A stretch of 64,000 bases of DNA from Vitrella brassicaformis CCMP3155 (Eukaryota; Protista; Chromerida). The position numbers were made by a program, and so were the translations under genes. The stretch lies in contig CDMY01000013.1 in assembly GCA_001179505.1 (NCBI GenBank), positions 148,527-212,526 on the forward strand, read 5' to 3'. Positions 63,348 to 64,000 of this stretch are shown piece after piece. The notes under the pieces are model-generated. The model made no database searches, was not told the origin of the DNA, and saw only the letters and a list, made by a program, of their open reading frames with translations. Every line of letters starts with the position of its first letter. Positions within the stretch are counted from its first letter, which is position 1.

Positions 63348-64000
63348 CAGAAGTCCCTCGGCCAGTCCCAATCACCAAAGCACGAAGACAGGGACAGAAG
63401 ACCGAGCTAGGCAGCCACCGGAGGGAAAGGAGGGATAGGTAGAGTCCTGTAGAGTCATCACTGCACCATTCGTTCGCGCGTAGATAGAGCTTTTGAGAGA
63501 CGGACAGGTTCAGGTAGCCAGCCGCCGCAGAGTTCATAGCAATTGCAGAGTAGTCTCGCTGCATGGGAGAGTGGTGAAAGACACCAGCAAGGAATCTGCA
63601 CCGTAGATCACTGACAAGCGTACCACTGCACAGTAGATAAGGTGGGTGGTGACAGACCCGAGAGGCCCAAATCCCGCAGTGCAAATGGGAGATCCCAGAT
63701 AAATGGCGAAAAAACACGCAAACGCAGAGGGGATGAAGGGAATGGCGCTTTATCTCCCTCAGCTTTATCTCCCTCTGTCAGAAGTGCAAGTCGGTCCAGG
63801 GTTTAGGGTCTAGGGTTCATAGACCGACGATCCACTGATCTGTGAGACAGGACGGCTGTTGAGTCTGTCCGTTCCATGAGACAGGCCATGGCGGACAGGA
63901 CGTCAGACAGGATGGACTGACGCATACTACATGTCCTACGTGGACTCTCCACAAAAACCACAGACCTTACGTTGCATTGACTTAATCCTTTATCCGGGAC

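Noticed and set aside
63798-63816. Telomeric repeat (tttaggg/tctaggg)
   Set aside because: Only about two degenerate units, compatible with chance.
1-64000. tRNA, rRNA or other structured ncRNA genes
   Set aside because: No cloverleaf/T-loop or rRNA-like conserved sequence recognised by eye. A tRNAscan or Infernal run would be needed to exclude them fully.

Overview
This is eukaryotic, intron-rich, GC-rich DNA. Introns are about 50-110 nt and full of (TG)n, (TCTG)n and (TGGA)n tracts. With ApiAP2-type domains and an expanded F-box/LRR-like family, this suggests a chromerid alveolate such as Vitrella brassicaformis (inference). Hand splicing gives about 13 gene models, left to right: (1) a minus-strand protein joining four AP2-like domains in frame to an FAD amine-oxidase (LSD1/PAO-type) domain; (2) a THUMP + RNA methyltransferase-fold protein with degenerate SAM motifs; (3) a large unknown protein with a C-terminal LamG-like domain; (4) a TMEM131 homologue; (5) an inverted duplication of a divergent two-gene unit (A'<- B-> <-B' A->) with disabling lesions in most or all copies; (6) a ~15.8-kb polycystin-1-like gene (Cys repeats, DUF4215-type repeats, REJ, GPS, ~5 TM); (7) a kynurenine-3-monooxygenase-like flavoprotein; (8) a UBC6/UBE2J-type E2; (9) a nodulin-like MFS transporter; (10) a P2X receptor homologue with an apparent frameshift. 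There are four 300-N assembly gaps. I saw no rRNA, tRNA or CRISPR. The best candidate for a novel system is the AP2-array/amine-oxidase fusion, a possible sequence-specific histone demethylase. All gene models are manual, and no database searches were run.
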